Assembly (NCBI GenBank): GCA_951813565.1
Contig: OX638351.1
Location: 544,001 to 608,000 of the forward strand
Origin: an uncultured Poribacteria bacterium
GTDB taxonomy: Bacteria; Poribacteria; WGA-4E; WGA-3G
Length of the DNA: 64,000 nucleotides
Reading direction: 5' to 3'
Notes under the pieces: model-generated
Databases searched by the model: none
What the model was told of the DNA's origin: nothing
What the model saw: the letters and a program-made list of their open reading frames with translations, nothing else
Shown here: positions 20,553 through 30,425 of the stretch, in pieces
How the letters are laid out: the number at the start of each line of letters is the position of its first letter
Position numbering within the stretch: the stretch's first letter is position 1
Program-made: the position numbers and the translations under genes

Positions 20553-20632
20553 ATTGTGTTTACAACAAAATTGTGTTAAAATTTTAACGAGATTCATTAC
20601 ATGTTATCACTTTTTTGAGAGAGGGTTGCATT

Positions 20633-21706
20633 ATGACAGCTTACGCATTCTGGAACAACAAAGGAGGTGTCGGCAAGAGTTTCTTAAGCTTTGTTGCGGC
20701 AACTGAGTATGCTCGCACTTACCCGGACACTGATGTCTATGTCATAGACCTTTGTCCACAAGCGAATATCTCTGAGATCCTACTTTTAAATTCCGAAATG
20801 TTAATTAATTCCGACGAAGAAATATCACTATTTAATTATGATGTGATACACAAACTTATTGGGAAAACACCACGTGCTACAGTGGCAGGTTACCTTGAGG
20901 CACGACTTAATTCTCCATTTGAACAGATCAAAGATGTATCTCCTTATGTGTGCCGTCCTCGGGATTTTAATATAAAACTTCCTGTAAATTTACTTTTGGT
21001 TTGCGGGGATTATCTCCTGGAAATCCTCTCAGAAGCGATTCGCCAGACCTCTCAGCTTGCAATTCCAGTGACTGCTTGGAAACAGGTACTTAGTTGGATC
21101 AAAGATTTAACAGTAGCATTGAAGCATCGGAGTGGGGACAGAGATACACTCTTCATTCTTGATTGCAATCCAAGTTTTGCTATCTATACACAATTGGCTC
21201 TAGCCGCAGCCGAAAACCTTGTTATACCCTTTACACCTGATGACAGTTCGCGTCGAGCAGTGGAAAATGTTGTCGCACTACTCTATGGTTACAGTATGGA
21301 TGACCCAAAGATAGAAACTTATGCAAGAATCAATTTTGCCAAAAGAGCATACGATGAAGGTTTAGGTATTCCCAAACTTCACACCTTCGTCAGTAATCGC
21401 GTAACCCTCTATCGTGGTAAAGCAAGCAGAGCTTTTGAGGCAGTGAGTGAGTCCATTAAAACTACATTAGATGATCTCCACAAGAAGCATCGCCAGATTT
21501 ATGCAAATCCAAGAGAGTTACCAAGCGAAAGATTCATAGAAATACCTGACTACCATAGTGCTTGTGTCGTTATGACAGTTAAAGGAATACCCTTGGATAG
21601 TCTTCGTCCGGGACCGAATAAGGTTCACGGTAAACAAGTTCAAATCAATCCCGAGCCTTTAGATCGGTATCGAGAAAAACTCACTGAATTTGTAAAATGT
21701 CTTTAA
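20633..21706 (+). CDS. ParA/Soj-family ATPase (long, non-partitioning type)
   Basis: Deviant Walker A NNKGGVGKS, IDLCPQAN, ILDCNPS; start ATG 20633 (ORF opens at 20615). Confidence 0.88.
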   Translation: MTAYAFWNNKGGVGKSFLSFVAATEYARTYPDTDVYVIDLCPQANISEILLLNSEMLINSDEEISLFNYDVIHKLIGKTPRATVAGYLEARLNSPFEQIKDVSPYVCRPRDFNIKLPVNLLLVCGDYLLEILSEAIRQTSQLAIPVTAWKQVLSWIKDLTVALKHRSGDRDTLFILDCNPSFAIYTQLALAAAENLVIPFTPDDSSRRAVENVVALLYGYSMDDPKIETYARINFAKRAYDEGLGIPKLHTFVSNRVTLYRGKASRAFEAVSESIKTTLDDLHKKHRQIYANPRELPSERFIEIPDYHSACVVMTVKGIPLDSLRPGPNKVHGKQVQINPEPLDRYREKLTEFVKCL

Positions 21707-21715
21707 AGGTCCCTT

Positions 21716-22294
21716 GTGCCATCACCAGCAGCATTGAAGTATAAAACAGCGGCGGATCCCATACAGACTCTTCGTAGAGCAGCAACAGATAAACGTCTAC
21801 GCCCTATGCTGCATGATGAAATCCAAGTTTTCTATCACGCAGCACTTGCAGCTTACGTAGCGGCGTGGAACGCATATATAAAAAACCTGATTATTGATTT
21901 CTACGATGTGATAGCAGATCCATCGGATCCTAAATTTCGCGCCATTTACACAATCGCCCGGAAAAGAGCCGAAAACGCCTTGACAAGATTTAATACGCCA
22001 GATTCTGAAAAAACACGTAATCTTCTTGTTGAATACACAGGATACGATCCAATAAGCACCTTGCTCTGGATTCAACGTCAGAAATTAGATGATATAATAG
22101 AAGTTCGTCATAGTTTCGCTCACGGTTTTGAGATACAACCTAATACTTGGACTCAATCGTTGAGCAAAAGAGGAGATTTAACAAGTAAAGCCATTCAAGA
22201 GACTGCAGCGTTCTTCAAGAATCTTGTTAAGGTCACTGGCAAGGGAATGAAAGTACATGTTGAATTGACTTACGGACTAACTGGTTTTTGGTAA
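21716..22294 (+). CDS. HEPN-domain protein (RiboL-PSP/MAE_18760-like), putative RNase
   Basis: Rx4H motif VRHSFAHG, N-terminal helix AALAAYVAAWNAYI, FNTP motif; 9 bp after the ParA gene. Confidence 0.75.
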   Translation: MPSPAALKYKTAADPIQTLRRAATDKRLRPMLHDEIQVFYHAALAAYVAAWNAYIKNLIIDFYDVIADPSDPKFRAIYTIARKRAENALTRFNTPDSEKTRNLLVEYTGYDPISTLLWIQRQKLDDIIEVRHSFAHGFEIQPNTWTQSLSKRGDLTSKAIQETAAFFKNLVKVTGKGMKVHVELTYGLTGFW

Positions 22295-22352
22295 TTATGA
22301 TAGAGTCTATTTTCAGAATTTAGGAATACCATTCAATCTGTCCTACAACCGA

Positions 22353-23258
22353 TCAAAACCGCACCGCATCCTCAAGCTCCCGATACCGCTCCTCAATTTC
22401 ATCAAACTGCACCGACTTTTGCCGATTGATACTGAAATCTTCAATGTTAAACGAGGCGACAACAGTCCCATACATCATCGCTTTGCGGATTGAGCCCTCC
22501 GATACATCACCGACAGATGCAAGATAACCCATAAAACCTCCTGCGAAACTGTCACCTGCACCTGTGGGGTCTGTAACTTGTGTAAGCGGATATGCGGGTG
22601 CGCTAAAGAACGATGATTTTGTGATACTAATCGCACCGTGTTCACCTTTTTTGATGATAACGCGTTGAGGACCTTTTCGTAGGATTGCCCGTGCTGCGTT
22701 CAATAGATTGGATTCACCTGTTAACAATTTCGCTTCGCTATCGTTCAGGATAAGGATATCCACACGTTCGATTGTCTTCTCTAACGCTTCTCGTTCCTCA
22801 TGTATCCAAAAATCCATCGTATCACAGACAATCAGTTTGGGCTTTGACACCTGTTCAATAATGCTCAGTTGCAGTTGTGGCGGGTCGTTCGCTAAAAAGA
22901 GGTAAGGGGTTTCCTTGTAGGTATCGGGCAAAGTAGGGTGAAAGTCAGCAATAACGTTCAGTTCTGTAAAGAGCGTATCACGTACATTAAAGTCTTCAGC
23001 GTATCTGCCGCCCCATCTGAAAGTTTTGCCACCTGCCACCCGTTTTAATCCTTCTAAACAGATTCCTTGGGTTTGCAGGAAGTCAGTATAAGTCTGTGGA
23101 AAATCAGCACCTACGACACCGATAAGCCGAACGAGATTGCCAAAAAAACTTGCGGCAACGGCAGCATAGGTGCCAGAACCGCCAAGCACGTCTTCAACCC
23201 GTTTCTGTGGTGTTTCTACGGTATCTAAAGTGACCGTTCCGACAACTAAAACTCTCAT
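22353..23258 (-). CDS. PfkB family carbohydrate/nucleoside kinase
   Basis: LGGSGTYAA and DPTGAGDSFAGG signatures. Confidence 0.92.
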   Translation of the reverse strand: MRVLVVGTVTLDTVETPQKRVEDVLGGSGTYAAVAASFFGNLVRLIGVVGADFPQTYTDFLQTQGICLEGLKRVAGGKTFRWGGRYAEDFNVRDTLFTELNVIADFHPTLPDTYKETPYLFLANDPPQLQLSIIEQVSKPKLIVCDTMDFWIHEEREALEKTIERVDILILNDSEAKLLTGESNLLNAARAILRKGPQRVIIKKGEHGAISITKSSFFSAPAYPLTQVTDPTGAGDSFAGGFMGYLASVGDVSEGSIRKAMMYGTVVASFNIEDFSINRQKSVQFDEIEERYRELEDAVRF

Positions 23259-23292
23259 TTTTTCTCCATCGGTCTTATGATATTTTATATTA

Positions 23293-23410
23293 TACCATTT
23301 CTAATAATCAGACTTCATTAAGAAGTTATAGGTTCAAACTAAGGTGAAGAATATAAGAGGCGCCAAATGCCATACGCACATTTGGCAATAAATTGCGCGA
23401 CTACAAACGC
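23293..23410. mobile_element. Partial MITE copy (TACCATTTCTAA end) with REP and micro-element
   Basis: Left part aligns with 26973-27090 and 30217-30305. Confidence 0.6.
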
Positions 23411-23752
23411 TGCCCTTTCTTTTCTGTTATGCTCTTCTGCTGTTAAAAGTTCAATTGAAAATTTCCACCCAAAGACTTTGAGGATGGCATTAAGGGTGCC
23501 GAGCTGCAGTGATCTTTCGCTGAATAAGAATTCTGAAAGAACTTCTGGAGCAATGCCTGTTTGCTTCGCAACCTCAGAAATACCAACTTGTGCTTCTGCA
23601 ACATTTCGTATTCCTTTTATAAAAAAAGGTGTGTCACCATCAATAAGATATCCTTCAAGTGAACTTGTAGGTAGCCTAATGCTTCCTCTCGGTTGGTAAG
23701 TTTCAATTAGAAACTCGTGCCTACTTGTATTGCAACCAATAGTCCTTTGCAC
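23339..23752 (-). pseudogene. Degraded addiction-module antidote (HI1420-like HTH) gene
   Basis: DGDTPFFIKGIRNVAEAQVGISEVAKQTG..L..GTLNAILKVFG; compensating frameshifts near 23660-23702; 3' end runs into a MITE. Confidence 0.6.
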
Positions 23753-23908
23753 GTTGGATATCTATGTCTTAATTTGCGTAAAGTATATCACAAATTTGTT
23801 GGAAAATCAAAGGTTTCCTTTGCTCCCTTTGCTCCAAATCAACAAAACGCTTTACATTCTTATGCGTTTGGTATACAATTAGACCAAAAAATTGGAGAAA
23901 AGTGTTCT

Positions 23909-25312
23909 ATGCAGCTTTACGAAGCCGTCAGTCCATTAGATTTTAGATATTATGGCGGCAATGATGCTTTTATGAAACGCCTCCTGCCCTATGTTTCTGA
24001 GGCAGGATATGTCACCTATCAGGCAAAGGTGGAGGCAGCGTTGACACGCACACTGGCAAACTATGGTGTCTGCTCATCAGCGATTGCTGATGAAGTTGAA
24101 CAAGCAGTAGATCAGGTAACAGCGGAAGATGTATACGAGGAACAGAAACGTATCCGACATAACATCCGATCACTTGTCAATGTGATTCGAAGTAAAATTA
24201 GTCCAGAAGCGCGTCCGTATGTCCATCTGTTCGCAACCTCGGCAGACATATTAGATACTGCTACCGCATTGCGGTTCAAAGCGTTGATTGAAAACGTAAT
24301 TGTTCCAGATATGATTGAACTGGAAAAGCAGCTGATTGGCTTAGCGCGTGAGCATGCAGAGACGCCGCAAATCGGTAGGACGCACGGTCAACATGCAGAA
24401 CCCATAACGTTCGGTTATGCGTTGGCACTCTACATCAGTCGCCTCGGCACCCGGATTGAGAAGATTCATGAGGCGGGACAAAATCTGCGTGGACAATTTT
24501 CTGGTGCAGTGGGAGCGTTTAACGGATTGTCGCTAATACATGAACATCCTGAACAGATTGAGGCGGATTTTCTGGCACTGCTTGGTTTGAAACCATCGGA
24601 TACACATACGTCAACGCAGTGCGTGGAACCAGAGTTTATCTCAGATGTGGCGTATCATGTCACTGCGGCATATACAGTGCTTGCCAATTTTGCTGACGAT
24701 ATGCGGCACCTCTATCGCACAGAAATTGCTGAGGTTGGCAGAAAGTATAATCCGCAATTAGTCGGTTCGTCCACAATGCCTCACAAAGTCAATCCGGAGG
24801 CTTATGAGAACATCAAAAGTCTGTGGAAAGCGTTTGTTCCTCGCATGCAGACCGTTTTTATGGACAGTATTTTGGAACATCAGCGCGATTTGACCAATTC
24901 TGCATCCAGTCGGTTTTTGACGGAGCTGCTTACGGCATTTGATTATTCAATCTATCGGCTTCGACGTGCGTTAGATGAGATGGATGTTAAAGAGGAAAAC
25001 ATGCAACGCAACCTTGATATGAGTGCAGAGGACACGATTGCAGAACCTATTTATTTATTGATGGCATATTACGGGTTTCCAGATGCTTATGATCATACCC
25101 GTAAGTTGATAGCACAAGTGCATCAGACAGGAAAAAGTCTGACAACTTTACTATGGGAGGATGAGACCTTTCGACCGTTCCTTGATAAGTTGACAGAACC
25201 GCAACGCGAAGCACTCCGATCACCAACGAATTATATCGGTGCTTCGGTGCGGCGAACCCACGCAACATGTGATGAATGGGAAAGCCGGGTAGAAAACCTT
25301 ACTCCTATATAA
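23909..25312 (+). CDS. purB: Adenylosuccinate lyase
   Basis: SPLDFRY, GRTHGQHAEP, SSTMPHKVNP; start ATG 23909 (ORF opens at 23717). Confidence 0.9.
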   Translation: MQLYEAVSPLDFRYYGGNDAFMKRLLPYVSEAGYVTYQAKVEAALTRTLANYGVCSSAIADEVEQAVDQVTAEDVYEEQKRIRHNIRSLVNVIRSKISPEARPYVHLFATSADILDTATALRFKALIENVIVPDMIELEKQLIGLAREHAETPQIGRTHGQHAEPITFGYALALYISRLGTRIEKIHEAGQNLRGQFSGAVGAFNGLSLIHEHPEQIEADFLALLGLKPSDTHTSTQCVEPEFISDVAYHVTAAYTVLANFADDMRHLYRTEIAEVGRKYNPQLVGSSTMPHKVNPEAYENIKSLWKAFVPRMQTVFMDSILEHQRDLTNSASSRFLTELLTAFDYSIYRLRRALDEMDVKEENMQRNLDMSAEDTIAEPIYLLMAYYGFPDAYDHTRKLIAQVHQTGKSLTTLLWEDETFRPFLDKLTEPQREALRSPTNYIGASVRRTHATCDEWESRVENLTPI

Positions 25313-25374
25313 ACGAAAAACGTTGCGGATGCTGGACTAAACAGGAACAAAATAAAGTTCTCGTTTGACAGAAA

Positions 25375-26904
25375 ATGTTTGATATTACTTACTTAGGACG
25401 ACGATATATCCGTTTTATCAGACGCTACCCGCGCACGTGGACAATAATCGGTTTTCTGGTGATTTTCAGTATCGGTATTTGGGTAGGCAGAGAGGTGCAG
25501 TTTGGAAAAATACCCGATTATTTCAAATCCTACACCGATCCTGTGCGAAGCGATGAGACAAAGCAGGTGTTGCCCGGAATCGTCCACCGACAGATATTAG
25601 ACGATGGTGTGTTGACGAATATCCTTTCAGTGGCACCCGATGCGGTAGATATCCGTCCGTATCGTGCGCTAAGCGCAGGCATTGGCACTGAATCTCTGCC
25701 CTCAATTGCACGACGACACAAAGCCCCTATTGCAATTAATGGTGGATTTTTCGAGATGGGAGGCACATTTCGTGGGGAATCGGTCGGTGCTTTGAAAATT
25801 GATGGTGAGTGGATGAGCGAACCTGAGCAGGGACGAGGGGTTGTCGGGTTCAGAACCGTTGAAGGGAAAATTGAGACTTACATGGATAGGATTGACCTTC
25901 AGCATGAGATCGTCTTACCAAATGAGACCACACTGAAAATTGACGGTATGAATCGCGGACGTTTGAGAAACGAGTTGGTGCTTTACCGTCCCGATTTTCA
26001 CTCGGTAACGTTAACAATGGCTGATGGTGTTGAAGTTGTCGTTAGAAACGATAAGGTCGTTGATATCTACGATGGAAAAGGAAGTACGCGTATTCCGTCT
26101 GATGGTTATATTCTTTCGGCAAATGGAAGGAAGCGGGGATCGCTGCTGGCAAATATCGCTCTTGGCGATTCGGTAAAAATTCGTGAGAAAGTAATTCCTG
26201 AACGTGTTGGCGACAACAACTTGTGGGCAGGTTTTACACATGTTATCGGTGGCGGGCCCTTGCTACTGAGAAATGGCGTTATATCTACAACAGAAGCGTA
26301 CAAGCGAGAAGGTTTTGATGCTTCGTTCCACAGTTTTTGGCATCCGCGCACGGCAGTCGGCAAAAAAGCAGATGGGACTCTCCTCTTTGTGACGATAACG
26401 GCTGCGGAACCGGGTGTACGACGTGGTGTTATGTTACAGAAACTTGCAAAACTTTTTGTGGAATGGGGAGCGATAGATGCACTTAATTTGGATGGCGGTT
26501 ATTCTTCAATGATGATCATTCGGAATCAGGTGGTAAGTTTCAAGCGACCACAACGTGAAGGGTCTCGATCTGGTGATAAATCTAAACCCGCTGCATTAGA
26601 GAAACAACCTGAAAAGAACGTGAAACTGCCTCCGTCAGAGAAAAAGCTTGAGAAGAACGCGAAACCTTCTCTGTCAAAGAAACAACCTGAAAAGAGCGCA
26701 AAACCTGTTGCGACAGAGAAACAATCCGAGAAGAGCGCAAAACTTGATGCGTCAGAGAAGCAGCAGCCACAAAAGGCAGCACCTGAGAGAAACACAAGGA
26801 CTGCCCGCGGCAATCGTAGGGTTCGACCTACGCCAACGTTCCAAGGCCGTTCAATTTCGGATGCTATCTTAATATTTCCACGCAGTTCCACTGAGTCAGA
26901 GTAG
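25375..26904 (+). CDS. Phosphodiester glycosidase (NAGPA/DUF2233) family protein, membrane-anchored
   Basis: AINGGFF, GGGPLL, HPRTAVG, ALNLDGGYSS, RSISDAILI. Confidence 0.85.
   Translation: MFDITYLGRRYIRFIRRYPRTWTIIGFLVIFSIGIWVGREVQFGKIPDYFKSYTDPVRSDETKQVLPGIVHRQILDDGVLTNILSVAPDAVDIRPYRALSAGIGTESLPSIARRHKAPIAINGGFFEMGGTFRGESVGALKIDGEWMSEPEQGRGVVGFRTVEGKIETYMDRIDLQHEIVLPNETTLKIDGMNRGRLRNELVLYRPDFHSVTLTMADGVEVVVRNDKVVDIYDGKGSTRIPSDGYILSANGRKRGSLLANIALGDSVKIREKVIPERVGDNNLWAGFTHVIGGGPLLLRNGVISTTEAYKREGFDASFHSFWHPRTAVGKKADGTLLFVTITAAEPGVRRGVMLQKLAKLFVEWGAIDALNLDGGYSSMMIIRNQVVSFKRPQREGSRSGDKSKPAALEKQPEKNVKLPPSEKKLEKNAKPSLSKKQPEKSAKPVATEKQSEKSAKLDASEKQQPQKAAPERNTRTARGNRRVRPTPTFQGRSISDAILIFPRSSTESE
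26584..26778 (+). repeat. Five degenerate 39-bp (13-aa) tandem repeats within the CDS
   Basis: KPAALEKQPEKNV/KLPPSEKKLEKNA/KPSLSKKQPEKSA/KPVATEKQSEKSA/KLDASEKQQPQKA. Confidence 0.8.
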
Positions 26905-26972
26905 GGTTGTTATTGGAAATCTTGCCTGCAATTACAGATTAACCAGAACCATTCAGTTTTGTTAACATTTTA

Positions 26973-27162
26973 TACCATTTCTAAAAAATGAGGTTTCATT
27001 GTGAAATTATCGGTTCAAGCTGAGTTGAAGAATGTCCGAGGCGCCAAATGCCAAACGCGCATTTGGCGTTGATTTGGCAATGAATTGCGCTTGGTGAATG
27101 TGCGTCCGACATTCACATTAAACGTGTTTTTTGTTAATGAAAGGCGATCAATTAGAATGGTA
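26973..27162. mobile_element. MITE with TACCATT(T)CTAA terminal inverted repeats and TTA duplication
   Basis: tta|taccatttctaa ... ttagaatggta|tta; contains a REP with an inserted micro-element. Confidence 0.7.
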
Positions 27163-27331
27163 TTAGATAAAGTCGCTCTTACAAGAAGAGACTTAGATAG
27201 GAAGTAAAACTATTGGAAAATTGAGTGGTTCTGCAGATTAACTAAATTTAGTGGATATTTTTTAATAGATGTGGTTAAATATAAAGGGCGAGTTAATTTG
27301 AACAAGGGTATCTCAACAAGAGGAAAAAGAC

Positions 27332-29221
27332 ATGAAAAGAAATTCCATTTTACGGGACAGTAAAGTATTCCGCCGATTTTTGAAATATAATCTATTTTGC
27401 CTGATGCTTTTTTGCCTTGTCCTTTCGGCAAATGCGCAAGAACGTTTCGCAGATGCAGTCGGGCCAGTTACCATTCGCGAGGTAACTTCTATATCTCCTT
27501 TGGTCGTGCCTTATATTACGTGGGGTGGTGAATCTGCGTTGTTCCATGCCAATGGCGGTTTGACAACGCAAGCTGGTACAATCATGGAGAAACAGGGGTT
27601 GAACCTCAAATTAGTGCCCGGTGATAATTTTCAGCAGCAAGTTCGCGACTATCTATCGGGTAAGTCACCTATTCTGCGCGGCACTTTCAGGATGATAGCC
27701 CAAGCGAGTGAAGTTGTGGGACGCGATCCTCGCACAAAGCCTGTTGTGTTCGGGCAGCTAACTTGGTCTGCAGGCGACCATTTTGTGGGGCGCGCAAACA
27801 TCCGAAAGATTTCTGATCTGAGCGGTAAAAAGATTGCTATTCAAAAAGGTGGTCCGCACGTCGGGATGCTCTACGATATGTTGAAGACTGCCCGACTCTC
27901 AAAAGCAAATGTCCAAATCGTGTGGGTGGACGAATTGACAGGGGCAAACGGTCCCGCAGAACGTTTCAGGAACGATGATTCTATTGCGGGATGTTTCGTC
28001 ATCACACCTGACATGATCGGACTGACAGGTGGACCTGAGAATACCGGCACGGGGGCAGAAGGCACCGTGAAAGGTGCACACGTCGTGGTTAGTACTGCTA
28101 CACTTTCACGTTCTATTGCCGATGTTTACGCATGTCGCAAGGATTTTTACGATACTTACAAACCTCTCATTGAACGATTCTTTGCGGGTTATCTGAAGGG
28201 TGCTGAAGATGTTGTGGCACTCAAAAAAGTTTATGAAAAAAGTGGATCAACACAATACAATAAACTCCTGACAATGATGCAGAATATCTACGGAAAAGAC
28301 GTGCTGCCAACGCTTGAGGAAGATGCTCACGGTTTAATTGCAGATTGCACTTTTGTCGGGCAACCCGGCAATATTGCATTTTTCAACGATCCAACCAATA
28401 CCATCAGCGGTTTTGAAGGATTTAATAAAGCAGGATTGGATATGGCAGTCAACTGGGGATTTGCAAAGCAGCGGCACGCCTTGCTCCCTTCTGACCTGAA
28501 TTTCAACGCTAACACATTCAAGAACCTACTCGCCACAACCGTAACTGCCCCCACGCAGCTAAAACAGACGCGTTTTAAAAAGGAAACTGTCCGTGCAGAA
28601 ATTGAATCGTTCAATGAGGACGCAGTGCTTGACGAAAAAACGTTGATCTCCTTTACGATTCAATTTGGCGCGAATGAGGACACTTTTAGCGGTACCCAAT
28701 ATAGTGATGAATTTGACAGAGTCGTTGAGCTCGCTTCCAAATATGGAAACGCTGCCATTGCGATAAAGGGACACAGTGATCCTACACGCACACTCCGAGT
28801 GTTAGTTAAAGCCGGAAAAGATAAAGGAATTTTGAAACAGACAGGCACACCAGGCAACTACAGATACTTTTTTAATGGAAAACCTCTCAGCCTTGAAAAT
28901 ACCGCTGAATTGATTCGTCTCATTGAACGGAAGGCGTTTGACGATGGTAGTGATGTTGAAAGTCCTTACCAAGTGATGCGTGCGGCACTCAAACTCTCAG
29001 AACAACGCGGTGAAGCGGTCAAACAGTCGATTATTGATTATGCGCGGCGTAAAAATGCTCGTATTGATGCGGACCAGATTGTCCCAGTCGGTGTGGGAAT
29101 TAAGGAACCTATTATCCCAAAACCGACGAGCCTTGCAGAAGCAGCAGAAAATAGGCGTGTTGAATTTGCACTCATCAAGGTTTCGGCGGAAGCTGTCGCT
29201 GCCTCCGATTTTGATTTTTAG
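27332..29221 (+). CDS. Periplasmic-binding-protein (PBP2/NMT1-like) + OmpA-like C-terminal domain fusion
   Basis: Signal peptide, TWSAGD..DLSGKKIA, C-terminal IKGHSD...LSEQR...ENRRVEF. Confidence 0.8.
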   Translation: MKRNSILRDSKVFRRFLKYNLFCLMLFCLVLSANAQERFADAVGPVTIREVTSISPLVVPYITWGGESALFHANGGLTTQAGTIMEKQGLNLKLVPGDNFQQQVRDYLSGKSPILRGTFRMIAQASEVVGRDPRTKPVVFGQLTWSAGDHFVGRANIRKISDLSGKKIAIQKGGPHVGMLYDMLKTARLSKANVQIVWVDELTGANGPAERFRNDDSIAGCFVITPDMIGLTGGPENTGTGAEGTVKGAHVVVSTATLSRSIADVYACRKDFYDTYKPLIERFFAGYLKGAEDVVALKKVYEKSGSTQYNKLLTMMQNIYGKDVLPTLEEDAHGLIADCTFVGQPGNIAFFNDPTNTISGFEGFNKAGLDMAVNWGFAKQRHALLPSDLNFNANTFKNLLATTVTAPTQLKQTRFKKETVRAEIESFNEDAVLDEKTLISFTIQFGANEDTFSGTQYSDEFDRVVELASKYGNAAIAIKGHSDPTRTLRVLVKAGKDKGILKQTGTPGNYRYFFNGKPLSLENTAELIRLIERKAFDDGSDVESPYQVMRAALKLSEQRGEAVKQSIIDYARRKNARIDADQIVPVGVGIKEPIIPKPTSLAEAAENRRVEFALIKVSAEAVAASDFDF

Positions 29222-29242
29222 GTTGTTAGATAGGAGACTCTT

Positions 29243-30151
29243 GTGAAACAAGCAAAAGTATCGTTTCTTCTCCTATGCGTGTTCATTTTTGTTCAGATAA
29301 GCATCGCGGATAATGGTGTTCATACGGATAATATTATTGTGATTCTCGATGCTTCTGGTTCAATGCGGGACAGGTTTCGTGCAGACGAGACGAAATCGAA
29401 GATGGATGCAGCGAAAGAAGCACTCAAAGAGGTTTTAGCGAAAGTGCCTGATGGTACCAATATCGGGTTACTTGTATTTAGTGGCAGGAATATTCGGGAC
29501 GAATGGGTCTATCCGTTGGGACCAAAAGATACAGCCAGACTCATAGCGGCGATTGATTTGCTGCAACCTGAGGGCGGTACTCCGCTCGGAAGATATATGC
29601 GTATCGGGGCAAATCGTCTCCTTGAGCAGCGGGAAAAACAGTATAACTACGGCAATTATCGCTTGTTGATTGTAACAGACGGTGAAGCACAAGATAATGA
29701 CAAAGTGGCACAGTATACACCGGAGATTCTGAACCGGCAAATTCGCGTTGATGTCATCGGTGTTGATATGAAAACCGACCATAAGTTGGCAACGGATGCG
29801 GATAGTTATCGCAGAGCGGATAATCCTGGAGAACTTGTGGCAGCAGTCTCACAAATCCTTGCCGAAACCGGTGGGACCGGGACTGACATTGATGGCGCAG
29901 ACGCATTTGAGGACATTGCGCCACTTTCATCAGAGGTCGCTTTTGACCTTATCCAACGGATTACAACACCGCCGAGTAATACAGCAATAGCGACAACAGT
30001 AAAGCAGATGCCAACACAACCGAAAACATCGACGCAACAACCGATGCGACAACCTGTCCAAAAACGTAGTGGTGGCAACAGCGGATGGCTTCTTATCGGT
30101 CTCGTTATTTTAATTGCAGGTTTTTTTATTTTTAGACGAATAGGAAGATAG
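29243..30151 (+). CDS. von Willebrand factor A domain protein with C-terminal membrane anchor
   Basis: MIDAS ILDASGSM, GGTPLG, IVTDGE; Pro/Thr/Gln linker, TM and FRRIGR tail. Confidence 0.88.
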   Translation: MKQAKVSFLLLCVFIFVQISIADNGVHTDNIIVILDASGSMRDRFRADETKSKMDAAKEALKEVLAKVPDGTNIGLLVFSGRNIRDEWVYPLGPKDTARLIAAIDLLQPEGGTPLGRYMRIGANRLLEQREKQYNYGNYRLLIVTDGEAQDNDKVAQYTPEILNRQIRVDVIGVDMKTDHKLATDADSYRRADNPGELVAAVSQILAETGGTGTDIDGADAFEDIAPLSSEVAFDLIQRITTPPSNTAIATTVKQMPTQPKTSTQQPMRQPVQKRSGGNSGWLLIGLVILIAGFFIFRRIGR

Positions 30152-30425
30152 TGGTCGGCAGTCGGCTTTCAGCAATCAAAAGTTATCTCTTATTGCGAAT
30201 GTAACAGGAATTTTTATATCATTTCTGAAAAAACCGTTATGAGATTTTGGACCACACACTAAGATGAAGAATGTCCGAGGCGCAATGAATTGCGCGACTA
30301 CGAACATGAATACTTTTATAATCTGATGTCTGTTCTTAATATGGAGCGGTTAGGAAACCGCTCCTACCGGTCCGATGTATTAATCGCATAACTCTTTTAC
30401 CGCTGACGGTATTAGGAATAAAGAT

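Noticed and set aside
20633..21706. Chromosome/plasmid partition locus
   Set aside because: No parB, parS or rep gene; the partner is a HEPN protein
23717..23908. N-terminal 64 aa of the purB ORF
   Set aside because: Overlaps promoter DNA and the divergent gene; the family-like sequence begins at Met 23909
26584..26778. Possible CRISPR array
   Set aside because: In-frame coding tandem repeats without unique spacers
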